From Spirochaetia bacterium (GTDB lineage Bacteria; Spirochaetota; Spirochaetia; DSM-2461), in the NCBI GenBank assembly GCA_963668315.1, contig OY764216.1, positions 768,001 to 832,000 of the forward strand: a stretch of DNA of 64,000 nt. The letters are read 5' to 3'. Below, one piece after another: positions 10,801-19,814 of the stretch. Position 1 is the stretch's first letter. Each line of letters opens with the position of its first letter. Made by a program: the position numbers and the translations under genes. The notes below the pieces were generated by a model. The model saw only the letters and a list, made by a program, of their open reading frames with translations. It did no database searches and had not been told where the DNA came from.

Positions 10801-13351
10801 GATGATCTTCGTGAAAAACGACAAGCCCTCCATCACGTCGGTGGACGTCGGTTATGACCTGGATGGCAACGGCACGGTGGAGGGAGACGAAATATTTCCC
10901 TATACCGGCGAATTCAAGGCCAGGAGCCGGCTGTATTTCCATGTGAACGCCACCGACGGCGGAGGCATTACGCAGTTTCGCCTGTATGAGGGTAGCGACT
11001 CTTCGGGGTCATCCGTTCTTTCCGCGTCCGAAGGGCAACTGGACATTTCTTCCCTGGCCGACGGAGAGTATACCTATTTCTGCCAGGTTACCGACGGTGA
11101 CGGGATTACGGCGGAAAAGACGATTCTTGTGGAAATCGATAATGTGGATGACGACGCTCCGGTGGTGACGCTGGACAGTCTGAGCCGGGAGAGCGTCGTT
11201 GACGGTCATCTGGAGCCTGCGGGAGCGAGCCTTCTGGACGGGAGCGATGCCGATGTCAGCGGAACGGTGAAGTTTACCGGACGGGTTTCCGATGATCAGG
11301 GAATCGAGGAGTTCCGGCTGAATCTGGACGGGAACGAGACGGTTCTGGCCAATTGGGAAAACGGATATTTCGTTTCCCGTGCGAGCGGCTTTACCATAGA
11401 TGAGCAGACCTTCGATCCCGGCCTGGGCCATCAGATTTCCTGGACCTATGTCTGGAACTCCGCCGAAGTGACCGGAGTGGCCGCTCTGGATGTGATAGCC
11501 CGGTTTACGGCGGTGGACTTTGCCGATACGGCGAACAGCGATGAAAAAAGTCTCACTTTCGATGTGGTTCCTTATATAAGCGGGATAGATACATACCTGA
11601 GTTCTGCTTTCGACAGCAAATTCGCCCGTTCGGCCCGGGGAGCCTATCCGGTATGGGTGAACAGCGCCGACGGCGGATGGGAGACTGTCGTTCTGAGCGG
11701 ATACAATCTTAATCCGGTCGGCACAGGCGGAGCGGGAAGCGATGTGCGGCTCAGCTCCGACGGGGACAGCCTTGACGGGAGCGGCCAGAAAACCGGCAAG
11801 GGGCTGATCTATACCGGGGTTAATGCTACTTATACCAGCCTGCAGGCGGATATGCGGATCGACGGGGCGGGGGCTTTGGACGGCTCCGGCTACCTGACGG
11901 TCTTCACCAACGGAATTCCCTCTATCAACAATATTAATGATAACGGCGGCAACGGAGAGGCAGATGTCATCAATCCTTCCCTGAATGACGACAGGAAGCT
12001 GCAGGTTTGGGATCTGCGCCTTCTGAAAAATGAGTTTTCCCTGGCGAAGAACGCGGTTTACCCCTCCATGTCCATGAACGGGGATACGCCGGAGTTCGCC
12101 TACCAGAACAATTCCCAGGGGTGGGGTATCTCCCTTTACAATGACGGGACGACGGAAAAGTACGTTTACGAAAACTGGGACTTGTTTACTTTTAGCGCTA
12201 TCGATCACAATTCCAGCGGGGACCATGCCTCTCTCTACGATATCAACGTGGTGAATGGTAACTTTGGAGATTTCAATTCGGGGAACTACGGGGGAATTCT
12301 CATGACCCTCTTCGAAGACGTCCCGGCTACCAGTTGGGATTACTGGGCCTATCGTATCAATGACAATCAGATCTGGCTGGAAAATCTGGTGGATGAAACA
12401 AGAAAATCCACGGCCGTTCTGGATCGCTATCGCTACCCCGATATCTCTCTGAAAGGAAACAGCGGGGAAACCGATGTGTTCTATACCCTTTACGACCGGC
12501 TTAACGATAAAATTATCTTCCGCCATTTCCTGGCCGGCACGTCCGGCGGTATAGCCGGCGGGATGGGCGGCCGGATAAATAACGAAGGCACCGCCATCTA
12601 TGCAAGCGTGCCCCAGTATGAACCGGACGGTTCTTTCCCCGAATATGACGGGAATGAAATGCGCTTCGTGAATAATAACCAGACCGGAAAAACCCCGGCA
12701 GGACGGCAGGAGCTCGTGACGGAGAATACCGGCGAGTTTACCGCCGTGGACGGTACTGCGGACGGAAGCACGGCGGTGGTCGCCTGGTATGACGCCGCGG
12801 GCACAGGGCGGATACGGCTCATGTACAATATCGACCCGGATAATGGGGATACCTGGGAGACCATTGGCGCCGACAGTTTGATCGATTCGGGACATGGCGG
12901 GGAATATTTGGACCTGCGTATCGATTCGGGGAACAATATCCATCTGGCCTATTACGATAACAACAACGGCGATTTGAGATATATCTATATTCCTGTCAAC
13001 GATTTTGCTTCGGGCAGCTTCGGCGAAATACAGAAGATGGTCGTGGACAGTTACCTGGACGTGGGCGACCGTCTTACCCTGGAACTGAATGGCGGAGACA
13101 AGCCTTTCATCGCCTACAAGGGAGTGAACCGCTCGGGCAAGGCGGCCTGGATGACCGGTTCCGTGGGGCCCGGCGTAAACGGGGACGATGAGTACACGGG
13201 GCTGTGGGAAGTCAGTATCCTGCCTGCGAAAATCAGCAATACCGATTCCAACCGGTTCTGCGTAGGCGTGGATACCCACGGGCTTCCCGTTGTGGGTTAT
13301 ACCAACGGGGGAATCGAATATATCCGAATGCTCGGGGATCTGGCAGACTGA
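7826..13351 (+). CDS. Large lipoprotein with about 10-11 Ig-like repeats and a C-terminal beta-propeller-like region
   Basis: LLSG-C lipobox. Recurrent DxxxP linkers and GxxxDDxG motifs. EF-hand-like loop DLDGNGTVEGDE. C-terminal propeller-type motifs (GEYLDLRIDSGNNIHLAYYD). Confidence 0.85.
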   Translation: MRIIIKGILALLFLALLSGCPDGMIGLGDKVDLDPPSLVIGSYEDGTPISNGDYVRGTILLSGSVSDDTGVKSVRISVEGADASIDATLGGDGTSWSAPVDTARYGDGEKEILLTVTDKAPEPRTYETRLLLFFDNTPPVVLVKEPSGYESTDFTDSIISLKGEASDPFRVRRVDVSLEGGSGSLGDVEGTNTWNCTFESPGTGSYIFRVSAEDYAGNVSTHFYHYDDILTADGNVYMTPEEIYDVENGVAGKNITPSGLKALELDEMTLSISMELDNPDITISNPDPSALVVDNVMSGSAKFLGSVSDDDGVDTSTLEIRFDNGFWEPVGRVNGSGRFVTWTHTRTYTSSGDHYFQIRVDDIYGVSQLSPLVNFRINVDAAKVDIDFPAMSQYLNVSDYTITGTALDTGGGVTDLQISLDEGSTWNEVDTTPSLPSESVSWSYRVEGGEQGSIPVKMRASDDSGGTWSYTNVQYTVDTTAPITSFVSPAGGSYVNGDVTLRGSCTDNNQLASVRLKIGDDPAEPWIDIDEQDLYSWTYTFASDDYENGTAGDETAPGSGVYAVNCYIEATDKAGNVKVTPSGAFVLNIDNELDKPSVTVISPRSGDSVGGSVLLTGTSYDDDGEVYGVYVQLDVNTPPGGEPDFADKVSLSGGGIDFDGSGSSSPVTLLDETKAYLAEGSSPWSVSLNSSGELYSTEAGHSGDIYARIWAVDKDGGADSVAGDVQTLHFRFDDTIPVIGELTPSTESYVKDTFTIEGNLSDETQIKHLEVSYDGGTSYHYIIKDGTVQPGYSGAGSAVNTDYAISLPVNTASIPDVGGVTSDDILIRFKATDNTNYQSQESLVYYVDNNLPTAWMTQDTSDIYGSGDNGLFTGFADDEGTVSGVERVVLYIEKDGFFYDQKDGTAAALTTEEINGSDTPFPSDPDYLMTIDSTVETLSGSNSDGDGLEEELNVGSFYEWKARINSTNIPDGVATLHYVAYDRAQNRVHGSQMIFVKNDKPSITSVDVGYDLDGNGTVEGDEIFPYTGEFKARSRLYFHVNATDGGGITQFRLYEGSDSSGSSVLSASEGQLDISSLADGEYTYFCQVTDGDGITAEKTILVEIDNVDDDAPVVTLDSLSRESVVDGHLEPAGASLLDGSDADVSGTVKFTGRVSDDQGIEEFRLNLDGNETVLANWENGYFVSRASGFTIDEQTFDPGLGHQISWTYVWNSAEVTGVAALDVIARFTAVDFADTANSDEKSLTFDVVPYISGIDTYLSSAFDSKFARSARGAYPVWVNSADGGWETVVLSGYNLNPVGTGGAGSDVRLSSDGDSLDGSGQKTGKGLIYTGVNATYTSLQADMRIDGAGALDGSGYLTVFTNGIPSINNINDNGGNGEADVINPSLNDDRKLQVWDLRLLKNEFSLAKNAVYPSMSMNGDTPEFAYQNNSQGWGISLYNDGTTEKYVYENWDLFTFSAIDHNSSGDHASLYDINVVNGNFGDFNSGNYGGILMTLFEDVPATSWDYWAYRINDNQIWLENLVDETRKSTAVLDRYRYPDISLKGNSGETDVFYTLYDRLNDKIIFRHFLAGTSGGIAGGMGGRINNEGTAIYASVPQYEPDGSFPEYDGNEMRFVNNNQTGKTPAGRQELVTENTGEFTAVDGTADGSTAVVAWYDAAGTGRIRLMYNIDPDNGDTWETIGADSLIDSGHGGEYLDLRIDSGNNIHLAYYDNNNGDLRYIYIPVNDFASGSFGEIQKMVVDSYLDVGDRLTLELNGGDKPFIAYKGVNRSGKAAWMTGSVGPGVNGDDEYTGLWEVSILPAKISNTDSNRFCVGVDTHGLPVVGYTNGGIEYIRMLGDLAD

Positions 13352-13366
13352 GAGGAGTACTGAAAA

Positions 13367-16300
13367 ATGAATAAAATAGGATACGCGTTTTTCGTCCTGA
13401 TACTGGGGGCGACCGCCCTTTTGGGTGCGGGCGGTAAGGAAGAACCGGAATACAATAGAGCAAACGGGCTGGAATCCTGGACATACAGTTACGACCTTTC
13501 CAGCCAAGAAGAAGGGCTTTATAACATTATCGTAGAGGGAGAGGACCGGGCCGGTAACGTGAGCCAGGCCGGGCCTTTTAACCTGTATATCGACGGGGAA
13601 TCGGATCTGCCGCAGACGGCTGTGGTGAGCCCCGTCGCGGGCAGTCTGATCAAGGACAACCTGAACGTAGTGGGATCCGCCAGCGACGACGACGGAATCG
13701 CCCTGGTGGAGATAAGCCTGGACGGCGGGGCCTACGCGGCTTGCGAGGGAACGGAATTCTGGGATTACTATATTCCCCTGGGCAATTTGACGGACGGTCA
13801 CCATGAGATAAGCCTGCGGGCTACCGACGTAAACGGTCTGACCGGACCGGAGAATACCGTCTCCTTCGGGGTGGATAAGGACATTCCCCGCATTAGAATC
13901 GATTCCCCGGAAAAGGGAGCCTTTCTAAAAGATACGGTTCTGCTCTCGGGCACAGTGGAAGACAGAAGCGGCCTCTCCGATCTTTACATCACACACCGGG
14001 AAAGCGGTGTAACCGACAGGGTTGGTCTCAAATTCGATAAAGAGGCGGGCCTGTATCGTTTTGCCTACAAAATCAGCACAAAGGATTTCGAAGAGGGCGT
14101 TCATAACCTCACCCTGGCCACAACGGATGTTTCCGGCTTTCGGGGGGAAGATAACTTTCTCTTTTTTGCCGATAATACCCCGCCCGAACTGGAAATACTG
14201 ACTCCCGGCGAAGACGAGCGGGTCAACGGTGAGGTGCTGATCGGCGGTTTCGTCAGGGACGACGTGGGCGTGAAAAGAATTTTCCTCCGCCTCGCGGACG
14301 GGGAGGAAAGGGAAGCGGCAGTTCTGCCGGGAAGTTCCTACTGGCAGGTAAATCTATCTCTGGAAGGAATCCCCTACGGTAGCCGGACGGTGGAAATAGT
14401 CGCCGAGGATAACAGCGGCAACGTCTCTGAGGAGAAAATTAAAATTCTCCATGACGAAAAGAGCGATCTGCCCGTACTTTCCCTTTTCGGGCCTGAGCGG
14501 ACCGGGGTGGAGGAAGAGACGGTTCAGCTGGGACTCATCGCCCGGGACGATGACGGAATCCGCGCTATAGAGTATTCCCTGGACGGGGAAAGTCCCCGGA
14601 GGGAAATGGCCTGCGAAGGCACCGTTCTGGAACTGACCGGACTGGAACCGGGTCGGCATAAGCTGGTGGCCCGGGCCGTTGATACCAATGATAAATTGGG
14701 TGAGACGGAGCAGTTGAGCTTTACTGTGCCCAAACTGTCTCAGAAAAATCCCCTGGCGCCCGTGGAGGAGATTCGTTTTTCCGCCGGAGGCCCTCTTCTG
14801 CTTACCGAATCGGGCATACTCGTCGAAGGTACCGCTCCCGGCCGGGGAAATACCCTGTCCTATGCTCTTCTGAACGGGGAAGATCCGGTTTACGAGAATC
14901 TGGCCAGGGATGGCGACGGCGGTTTTCGCCTGGAAATTCCGGCGGAGAATTTGACTGACGGTCAGTACGCCCTGGCGTTCCGCTCCCAGTCTGAAGAGGG
15001 AAATTTCTCGGAAAACCTTATCCTGATAAGCCGGGACAGCCAGCCTCCCGAACTTACCTTGCTTTCTCCCGGTCCGGAAGAGATTCTGAACGGGAAGATC
15101 CTGCTGGCCGGTAAGGTACAGGATCAAAGCGGTGATGTCCTGGTTGAAATCAGCGACGACGGGGAAAATTATCTTCCCGTGGAAGGGGGAAAGAGCTTTT
15201 CCCATGAGATCGACTTGAATCGCTATGAAGGGGATCCCTCCCTGACTTTACGGCTGAGCGATTCCCGGGGCCTTTCCCGGCTCGTGCCCCTCTCCATCGG
15301 TCAGAATGCCGATGCAGACATACCGCGGGTAATTCTGGATTACCCCCTGGCCGATTCCCTGGTAAACGGTCCGGTAGGTTTGAACGGTACCGCTCTGGAT
15401 GATGATGGTATAGGCGCCGTTCTTTATCGCGTTGGCGAGGAGGAGTGGCATAGAACAGAGGGAAGCTACTCTTTTTCCCTGCCCTTTGATCCGGGCGACC
15501 GGCCCGATGGAGACTTTACGGTTTATCTCAAATGCGAGGATCTCAACGGACGGGAGAGCAGCGTGGTGGAGAGAACTTTCTCCGTGAGCCGTAAATCCCC
15601 GGAAATTATGATCGATTCACCTGTTCCGGAAGACATTCTCAAAGGGGTGGGAGTTCTGCAGGGGACGGCGAAGGATGACAACGGCATCGCCGGGGTTTAT
15701 GTCTCTACCGATAACGGGCTGAGTTACCAAAAGGCCCGGGGAGAGGAGAACTGGGTCTATTCCCTGGATACGACCGTGCTTCCCGACGGGCCCCTTTCTC
15801 TGTTTATCAAAGCGGTTGACCGGGCGGGTATGGAATCCTACTTTACCAGTCTTATCAATATAGACAACCGGGCTCCCTCCATTAAACTGGATTTTCCCCG
15901 GGGGAATGACGAAATATTCCGCCGCTTTACCATCGAAGGGGTCGTTTCCGATCTGAATAGCCTGGAGGAAGTGAATTATACTCTGGCCTCCCGGGATGAT
16001 CCGCAGGAGGGTTCGGAATGGGCATACTCCCTTCTCAAGGGAGAGGAAAGGACCCTTCGCATCAATCGGACCGTCGATCTTTCCGAACGCGAATCGGGCT
16101 GGTATATCCTCAGTCTCACCGCTGTGGACCGGGCGGGGAACCGAAGCCGCATAAGCCGCGACATCTATCTGAACGGTGAAGCCGACAGAGCCGGCGTATC
16201 CCTGCTATACCCACTGGAAGGGGCCGGACAGAGCGGTGCCGTTCTCATAGAGGGGACTCTTGAGAAAGGCGGGGATTCCGGTGGGGTTGATCTTTTTCTG

Positions 16301-17386
16301 GACGGGGAGTCGACGGGCACGGCACTTGCCGGAGAAGACGGATTTTTCCATTTCACTCTGGACGGGGAGACCCTGACCCGGGGAGATCATGTTCTTCTGG
16401 CCCGGAGCGGGAATTCCCAGACGGAGGAGAGGCATTTCACCTATGACGGCGAAGGGCCGTGGATCTCTTTCGAAGGCTACGAATCGGGCGATTTCCTGAC
16501 CGAAAGGACTTTTATTACCGGTAGAACGGGATACGGAGATGTTCCCCTGGACCGTATCGAATACAGTTTTGACAAGGGGCGCTCCTTCAGAATACTCCCG
16601 GGAGGGAAGGTTTCCCGCAGGAAAGGAGAGGATGGGGCATCATGGAAAGTCCGTATCGAAACGGAGTCCTATCCCGACGGGGATCTTCCGGTAATCGCCA
16701 AGGCCTACTACGGGGACGGAAGCCAGGCCACGGCGGAGATCTTGCTGAAGGTGGATAAAACGGCGCCGCAGATAACTATCAACGCTCCCTCCGAAGGAGA
16801 AAGTTTTAACGATGTCCTCACTGTCAGCGGAGATACCGAGGACAGCAACGGCATGAGCGGAGTTGCCCTACTGCTCAGGGAAGGTGACAAGAGCGGATAC
16901 GAACTGCCCTCCTTTGTGCAGGGGCTTTTCCTTGACTTCCAGGTCCTCGGGGCCACCTTCGGGGAACAGGGCGTGGGACTGACCTTCTTTGAGGACAATG
17001 TAAAGCTTCAGGTTCAGGCGGGTATTGCCCCTCCGGGCCGATTCTCGGGGCTTGTCCTGGGCGGTAAGCTGCTGGCCAATGTGGCGACGATTCCCTACAG
17101 CTACGTTCTAGGTCCGGATTGGGCTGATTTTTCCACATCCCTGGCGGTGGGAGCGAATTTCTCCTACTTTACCATGTCCGGAGAGTCTCTGGGATTCTCC
17201 TCCGACGGGGTGGTGCTGGGCTCCATACTGTTTCAGTGGGAGCTGATTAAATTTGAGACTGACCGCTGGTCTGTTCTTAATGATTACTCCCTCTATGTGG
17301 AGGAAAGTCTGTGGTTCATCTCATCGGACGTGCAAGCCGGTCTGGTGCCCCGGTTCAGCGTAGGCTGCCGGGTGGGAATCTTCTAG
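13367..17386 (+). CDS. Secreted Ig-like repeat protein (about 12 modules) with putative C-terminal outer-membrane beta-barrel
   Basis: Signal peptide ending LLGA-GGKEE. Repeated DxxxP / GxAxDDxG / AxDxAGN modules. Last ~160 aa are amphipathic beta-strands ending in Phe (FSVGCRVGIF). GAGGAG RBS, 15 nt after the previous gene. Confidence 0.85.
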   Translation: MNKIGYAFFVLILGATALLGAGGKEEPEYNRANGLESWTYSYDLSSQEEGLYNIIVEGEDRAGNVSQAGPFNLYIDGESDLPQTAVVSPVAGSLIKDNLNVVGSASDDDGIALVEISLDGGAYAACEGTEFWDYYIPLGNLTDGHHEISLRATDVNGLTGPENTVSFGVDKDIPRIRIDSPEKGAFLKDTVLLSGTVEDRSGLSDLYITHRESGVTDRVGLKFDKEAGLYRFAYKISTKDFEEGVHNLTLATTDVSGFRGEDNFLFFADNTPPELEILTPGEDERVNGEVLIGGFVRDDVGVKRIFLRLADGEEREAAVLPGSSYWQVNLSLEGIPYGSRTVEIVAEDNSGNVSEEKIKILHDEKSDLPVLSLFGPERTGVEEETVQLGLIARDDDGIRAIEYSLDGESPRREMACEGTVLELTGLEPGRHKLVARAVDTNDKLGETEQLSFTVPKLSQKNPLAPVEEIRFSAGGPLLLTESGILVEGTAPGRGNTLSYALLNGEDPVYENLARDGDGGFRLEIPAENLTDGQYALAFRSQSEEGNFSENLILISRDSQPPELTLLSPGPEEILNGKILLAGKVQDQSGDVLVEISDDGENYLPVEGGKSFSHEIDLNRYEGDPSLTLRLSDSRGLSRLVPLSIGQNADADIPRVILDYPLADSLVNGPVGLNGTALDDDGIGAVLYRVGEEEWHRTEGSYSFSLPFDPGDRPDGDFTVYLKCEDLNGRESSVVERTFSVSRKSPEIMIDSPVPEDILKGVGVLQGTAKDDNGIAGVYVSTDNGLSYQKARGEENWVYSLDTTVLPDGPLSLFIKAVDRAGMESYFTSLINIDNRAPSIKLDFPRGNDEIFRRFTIEGVVSDLNSLEEVNYTLASRDDPQEGSEWAYSLLKGEERTLRINRTVDLSERESGWYILSLTAVDRAGNRSRISRDIYLNGEADRAGVSLLYPLEGAGQSGAVLIEGTLEKGGDSGGVDLFLDGESTGTALAGEDGFFHFTLDGETLTRGDHVLLARSGNSQTEERHFTYDGEGPWISFEGYESGDFLTERTFITGRTGYGDVPLDRIEYSFDKGRSFRILPGGKVSRRKGEDGASWKVRIETESYPDGDLPVIAKAYYGDGSQATAEILLKVDKTAPQITINAPSEGESFNDVLTVSGDTEDSNGMSGVALLLREGDKSGYELPSFVQGLFLDFQVLGATFGEQGVGLTFFEDNVKLQVQAGIAPPGRFSGLVLGGKLLANVATIPYSYVLGPDWADFSTSLAVGANFSYFTMSGESLGFSSDGVVLGSILFQWELIKFETDRWSVLNDYSLYVEESLWFISSDVQAGLVPRFSVGCRVGIF

Positions 17387-18861
17387 GAGGTAAAGCTCCT
17401 CAGAAATACCCGAATCGTGCCAAGCAGCCCCCCGATTCTTCCCGGGCCGAAAACGAAGGACATGACGCTCTTCAGGCCCTTGTAGACGGCGGGTGAGTGG
17501 GGGTACCACCACATTTGCCGGGGGAGGGAGCCGAGGGAATCGTTAATAACGGTCTTGGTCTGTGTCACTTCGTCGAGGCCGGGTGTGCCGTGGGAGCGGC
17601 CCAGGGATGACTGTTTGTAGCCGCCCCAGGGGGTTTCGGCCAGGCCGTGGGACATGAGATGATCGTTGACGGTGATGGCTCCCGCCTGGAGCTGTGAAGC
17701 GCATTGACGGGCCTTGCGGCGGTCGGAGGTCCATACCGAAGCGGTCAGGCCCAGATGGGAGCTGTTGGCCAGGGAGATGGCTTCGCGGCAATCCTCTACA
17801 CGGCAAAGGGCTATAACGGGGCCGAAGGTTTCTTCATCCATGGTCAGCATGCCGGGTTTGACTTTTTCCAGGAGAGTGGCGGGATAGAAAAATCCTTCTG
17901 CCGAATCGATCAAGTGAGACTGGGCCGTTATCTCAGCGCCTTTGGAAAGGGCATCGGCCACATGTGCCTTTACCGTTTCCCGCTGTTTCTCCGTCGTCAG
18001 AGAACCCAGATCGGAATTCTCTCCATTCCAGCTTCCCTGAGTCAGGGCTTTGGTTTTGTCCCGGAGGAGCGAAGCAAACTCGTCATACACTTCGGATACG
18101 ACGAAAATCCGTTCCACGCCGCCGCAGGATTGGCCGCAGTTTGAATAGCCGGCCCAGCAGGCGCCGTTGGCCGCCCGTTCCAGATTGGCATCGGCCAGGA
18201 CGATCATGGCGTCGTTACCTCCCAGCTCCAGGCTGAGGGGAAGAAGGCGGGGCGCCGCCAGTTTGGCCAGTTCTATTCCCACCGGATTGGAGCCGGTGAA
18301 AAAGAGCTTATCGATTCCCGAGGCAATGAAAGTAGGTCCGGCTTCCGATCCTGCCATATCCACCAGGGAAAAAAGATTTTCCGGCAGGTCCAGAGAATCG
18401 AAAAGACTCTTGATCTCTTCTCCCACATCCCGACACTGCCGGGCCACTTTGAGAATACAGGCATTACCCGCGATGAGGGCCATGAGAACTTCCTGGAAGG
18501 GGATGGAAAAGGGATAATTCCAGGGACTGATGATGCCGATAACACCCCAGGGTTCCCGATAAAGGCGGGATGATTTGTTGAAGAAAAGAAGGGATCCGCC
18601 TCGCAAGCGCCTGGGTTTCAGATAACGGGGTGCCTGGCGGCAGTAGAAATTCACCGAGAGAGAACAGGGAAGCACTTCGGCGCTCAGGGCATCAATAAGG
18701 GTTTTTCCGGTGGTACGGCTTATGGTTTGCGACAGCCGGTCGGCCCTTTCTGAAATCAGTTTGCCCAGAGGCTTGAGCCTATGAGCCCGCTCTTTCAGGG
18801 ACAGATCCTGCCAGATCTTTTGTGCTTCCTTCGCTTGATTGACGGTACTATTCAAATTCAT
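17383..18861 (-). CDS. Aldehyde dehydrogenase family protein
   Basis: ISPWNYP, FTGS, LELGGND, GQSC catalytic Cys, EETFGP, PWGGYKQS. Confidence 0.95.
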   Translation of the reverse strand: MNLNSTVNQAKEAQKIWQDLSLKERAHRLKPLGKLISERADRLSQTISRTTGKTLIDALSAEVLPCSLSVNFYCRQAPRYLKPRRLRGGSLLFFNKSSRLYREPWGVIGIISPWNYPFSIPFQEVLMALIAGNACILKVARQCRDVGEEIKSLFDSLDLPENLFSLVDMAGSEAGPTFIASGIDKLFFTGSNPVGIELAKLAAPRLLPLSLELGGNDAMIVLADANLERAANGACWAGYSNCGQSCGGVERIFVVSEVYDEFASLLRDKTKALTQGSWNGENSDLGSLTTEKQRETVKAHVADALSKGAEITAQSHLIDSAEGFFYPATLLEKVKPGMLTMDEETFGPVIALCRVEDCREAISLANSSHLGLTASVWTSDRRKARQCASQLQAGAITVNDHLMSHGLAETPWGGYKQSSLGRSHGTPGLDEVTQTKTVINDSLGSLPRQMWWYPHSPAVYKGLKSVMSFVFGPGRIGGLLGTIRVFLRSFTS

Positions 18862-18870
18862 ATGAGCTTC

Positions 18871-19689
18871 CTACTTATGATAATGGGACATGCTTTCCTG
18901 TACCTTCAACCAGCGGATAACCGCAGCGAAGGCCGAATAGGGCAGAAGTCCTTTGAGTAAGTCTATAAGAAAGAGAGAACGGGGCCGGTACACTTTTTTA
19001 CGGTTTCTTTTCAGACCCATTTCCACGATGCCCTTGGCGATGACGTCATGATTTTTCACCCGGGGAACAAGTATATTGCCCAGACCTTTTATCTGAGCTC
19101 CTTCGAAAAGCCCGGTGGCTATGTAAAAGGGATGGACGGAGGTGTAGCGGATGTTTTTTTTATCCATAAAAGCTTCCTCCCGCAGGGAATCGGTCAATCC
19201 ATGGACGGCCCATTTGGAAGCGGCATAGGCAGAGAGGCCCGAAACGCCCAGCATTCCCGCGGCGGATGAGATGTTGACAATGTGTCCCTTATCGGCTTCA
19301 TACATGGCGGGGAGGAAGGCTCTGGTCGTATGCAGTACGGCCTTCAGGTTTACATCAAGGGTCAAATCCCAGTCTTCATCGCTGCCTTCCAGAAAATTGC
19401 CCGGACGCATGATGCCGGCGTTATTAATGAGAATATCGAGAAAACCCCATTCGCTCTTCAGCTTGGCAGCTTCATCATGAACAGCTTTTCTGTCGGTTAT
19501 GTCGATTCTCGTCCAGCGTATCTTATCTTTGAAGTCCATGAGACCCGCTTGCTTATCGTTAATGGATCGTTCCGAGGCATCCCAGACGGCTACGAAACAG
19601 CCCTCCTTAAGGAGGCGGAGAAGAGTGGCATAGCCGATTCCGGAGGCGCCTCCGGTGATCAGGGCTTTTTTATTTTGCAGAGTGGTCAT
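18871..19689 (-). CDS. SDR family oxidoreductase
   Basis: ITGGASGIG, NNAG, YAASK catalytic motif. Confidence 0.95.
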   Translation of the reverse strand: MTTLQNKKALITGGASGIGYATLLRLLKEGCFVAVWDASERSINDKQAGLMDFKDKIRWTRIDITDRKAVHDEAAKLKSEWGFLDILINNAGIMRPGNFLEGSDEDWDLTLDVNLKAVLHTTRAFLPAMYEADKGHIVNISSAAGMLGVSGLSAYAASKWAVHGLTDSLREEAFMDKKNIRYTSVHPFYIATGLFEGAQIKGLGNILVPRVKNHDVIAKGIVEMGLKRNRKKVYRPRSLFLIDLLKGLLPYSAFAAVIRWLKVQESMSHYHK

Positions 19690-19814
19690 GGTTTATTTTT
19701 GGTATTTAGGGGCCGGATGTCAAGAGGGGGGGGCTCGCAGAGGTAGGGGGTATTGTAGGTGTGGTTATTTTATGAGGAGGGATTAATGCTCGCAAAGGCG
19801 CAAAGGGTGGTTTT

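Noticed and set aside
11009..13804. 931-aa antisense ORF
   Set aside because: Shadow of the Ig-repeat genes on the opposite strand; no recognisable motifs.
17383..17386. Convergent genes sharing overlapping TAG stops (CTAG)
   Set aside because: Common compaction feature with no further signal.
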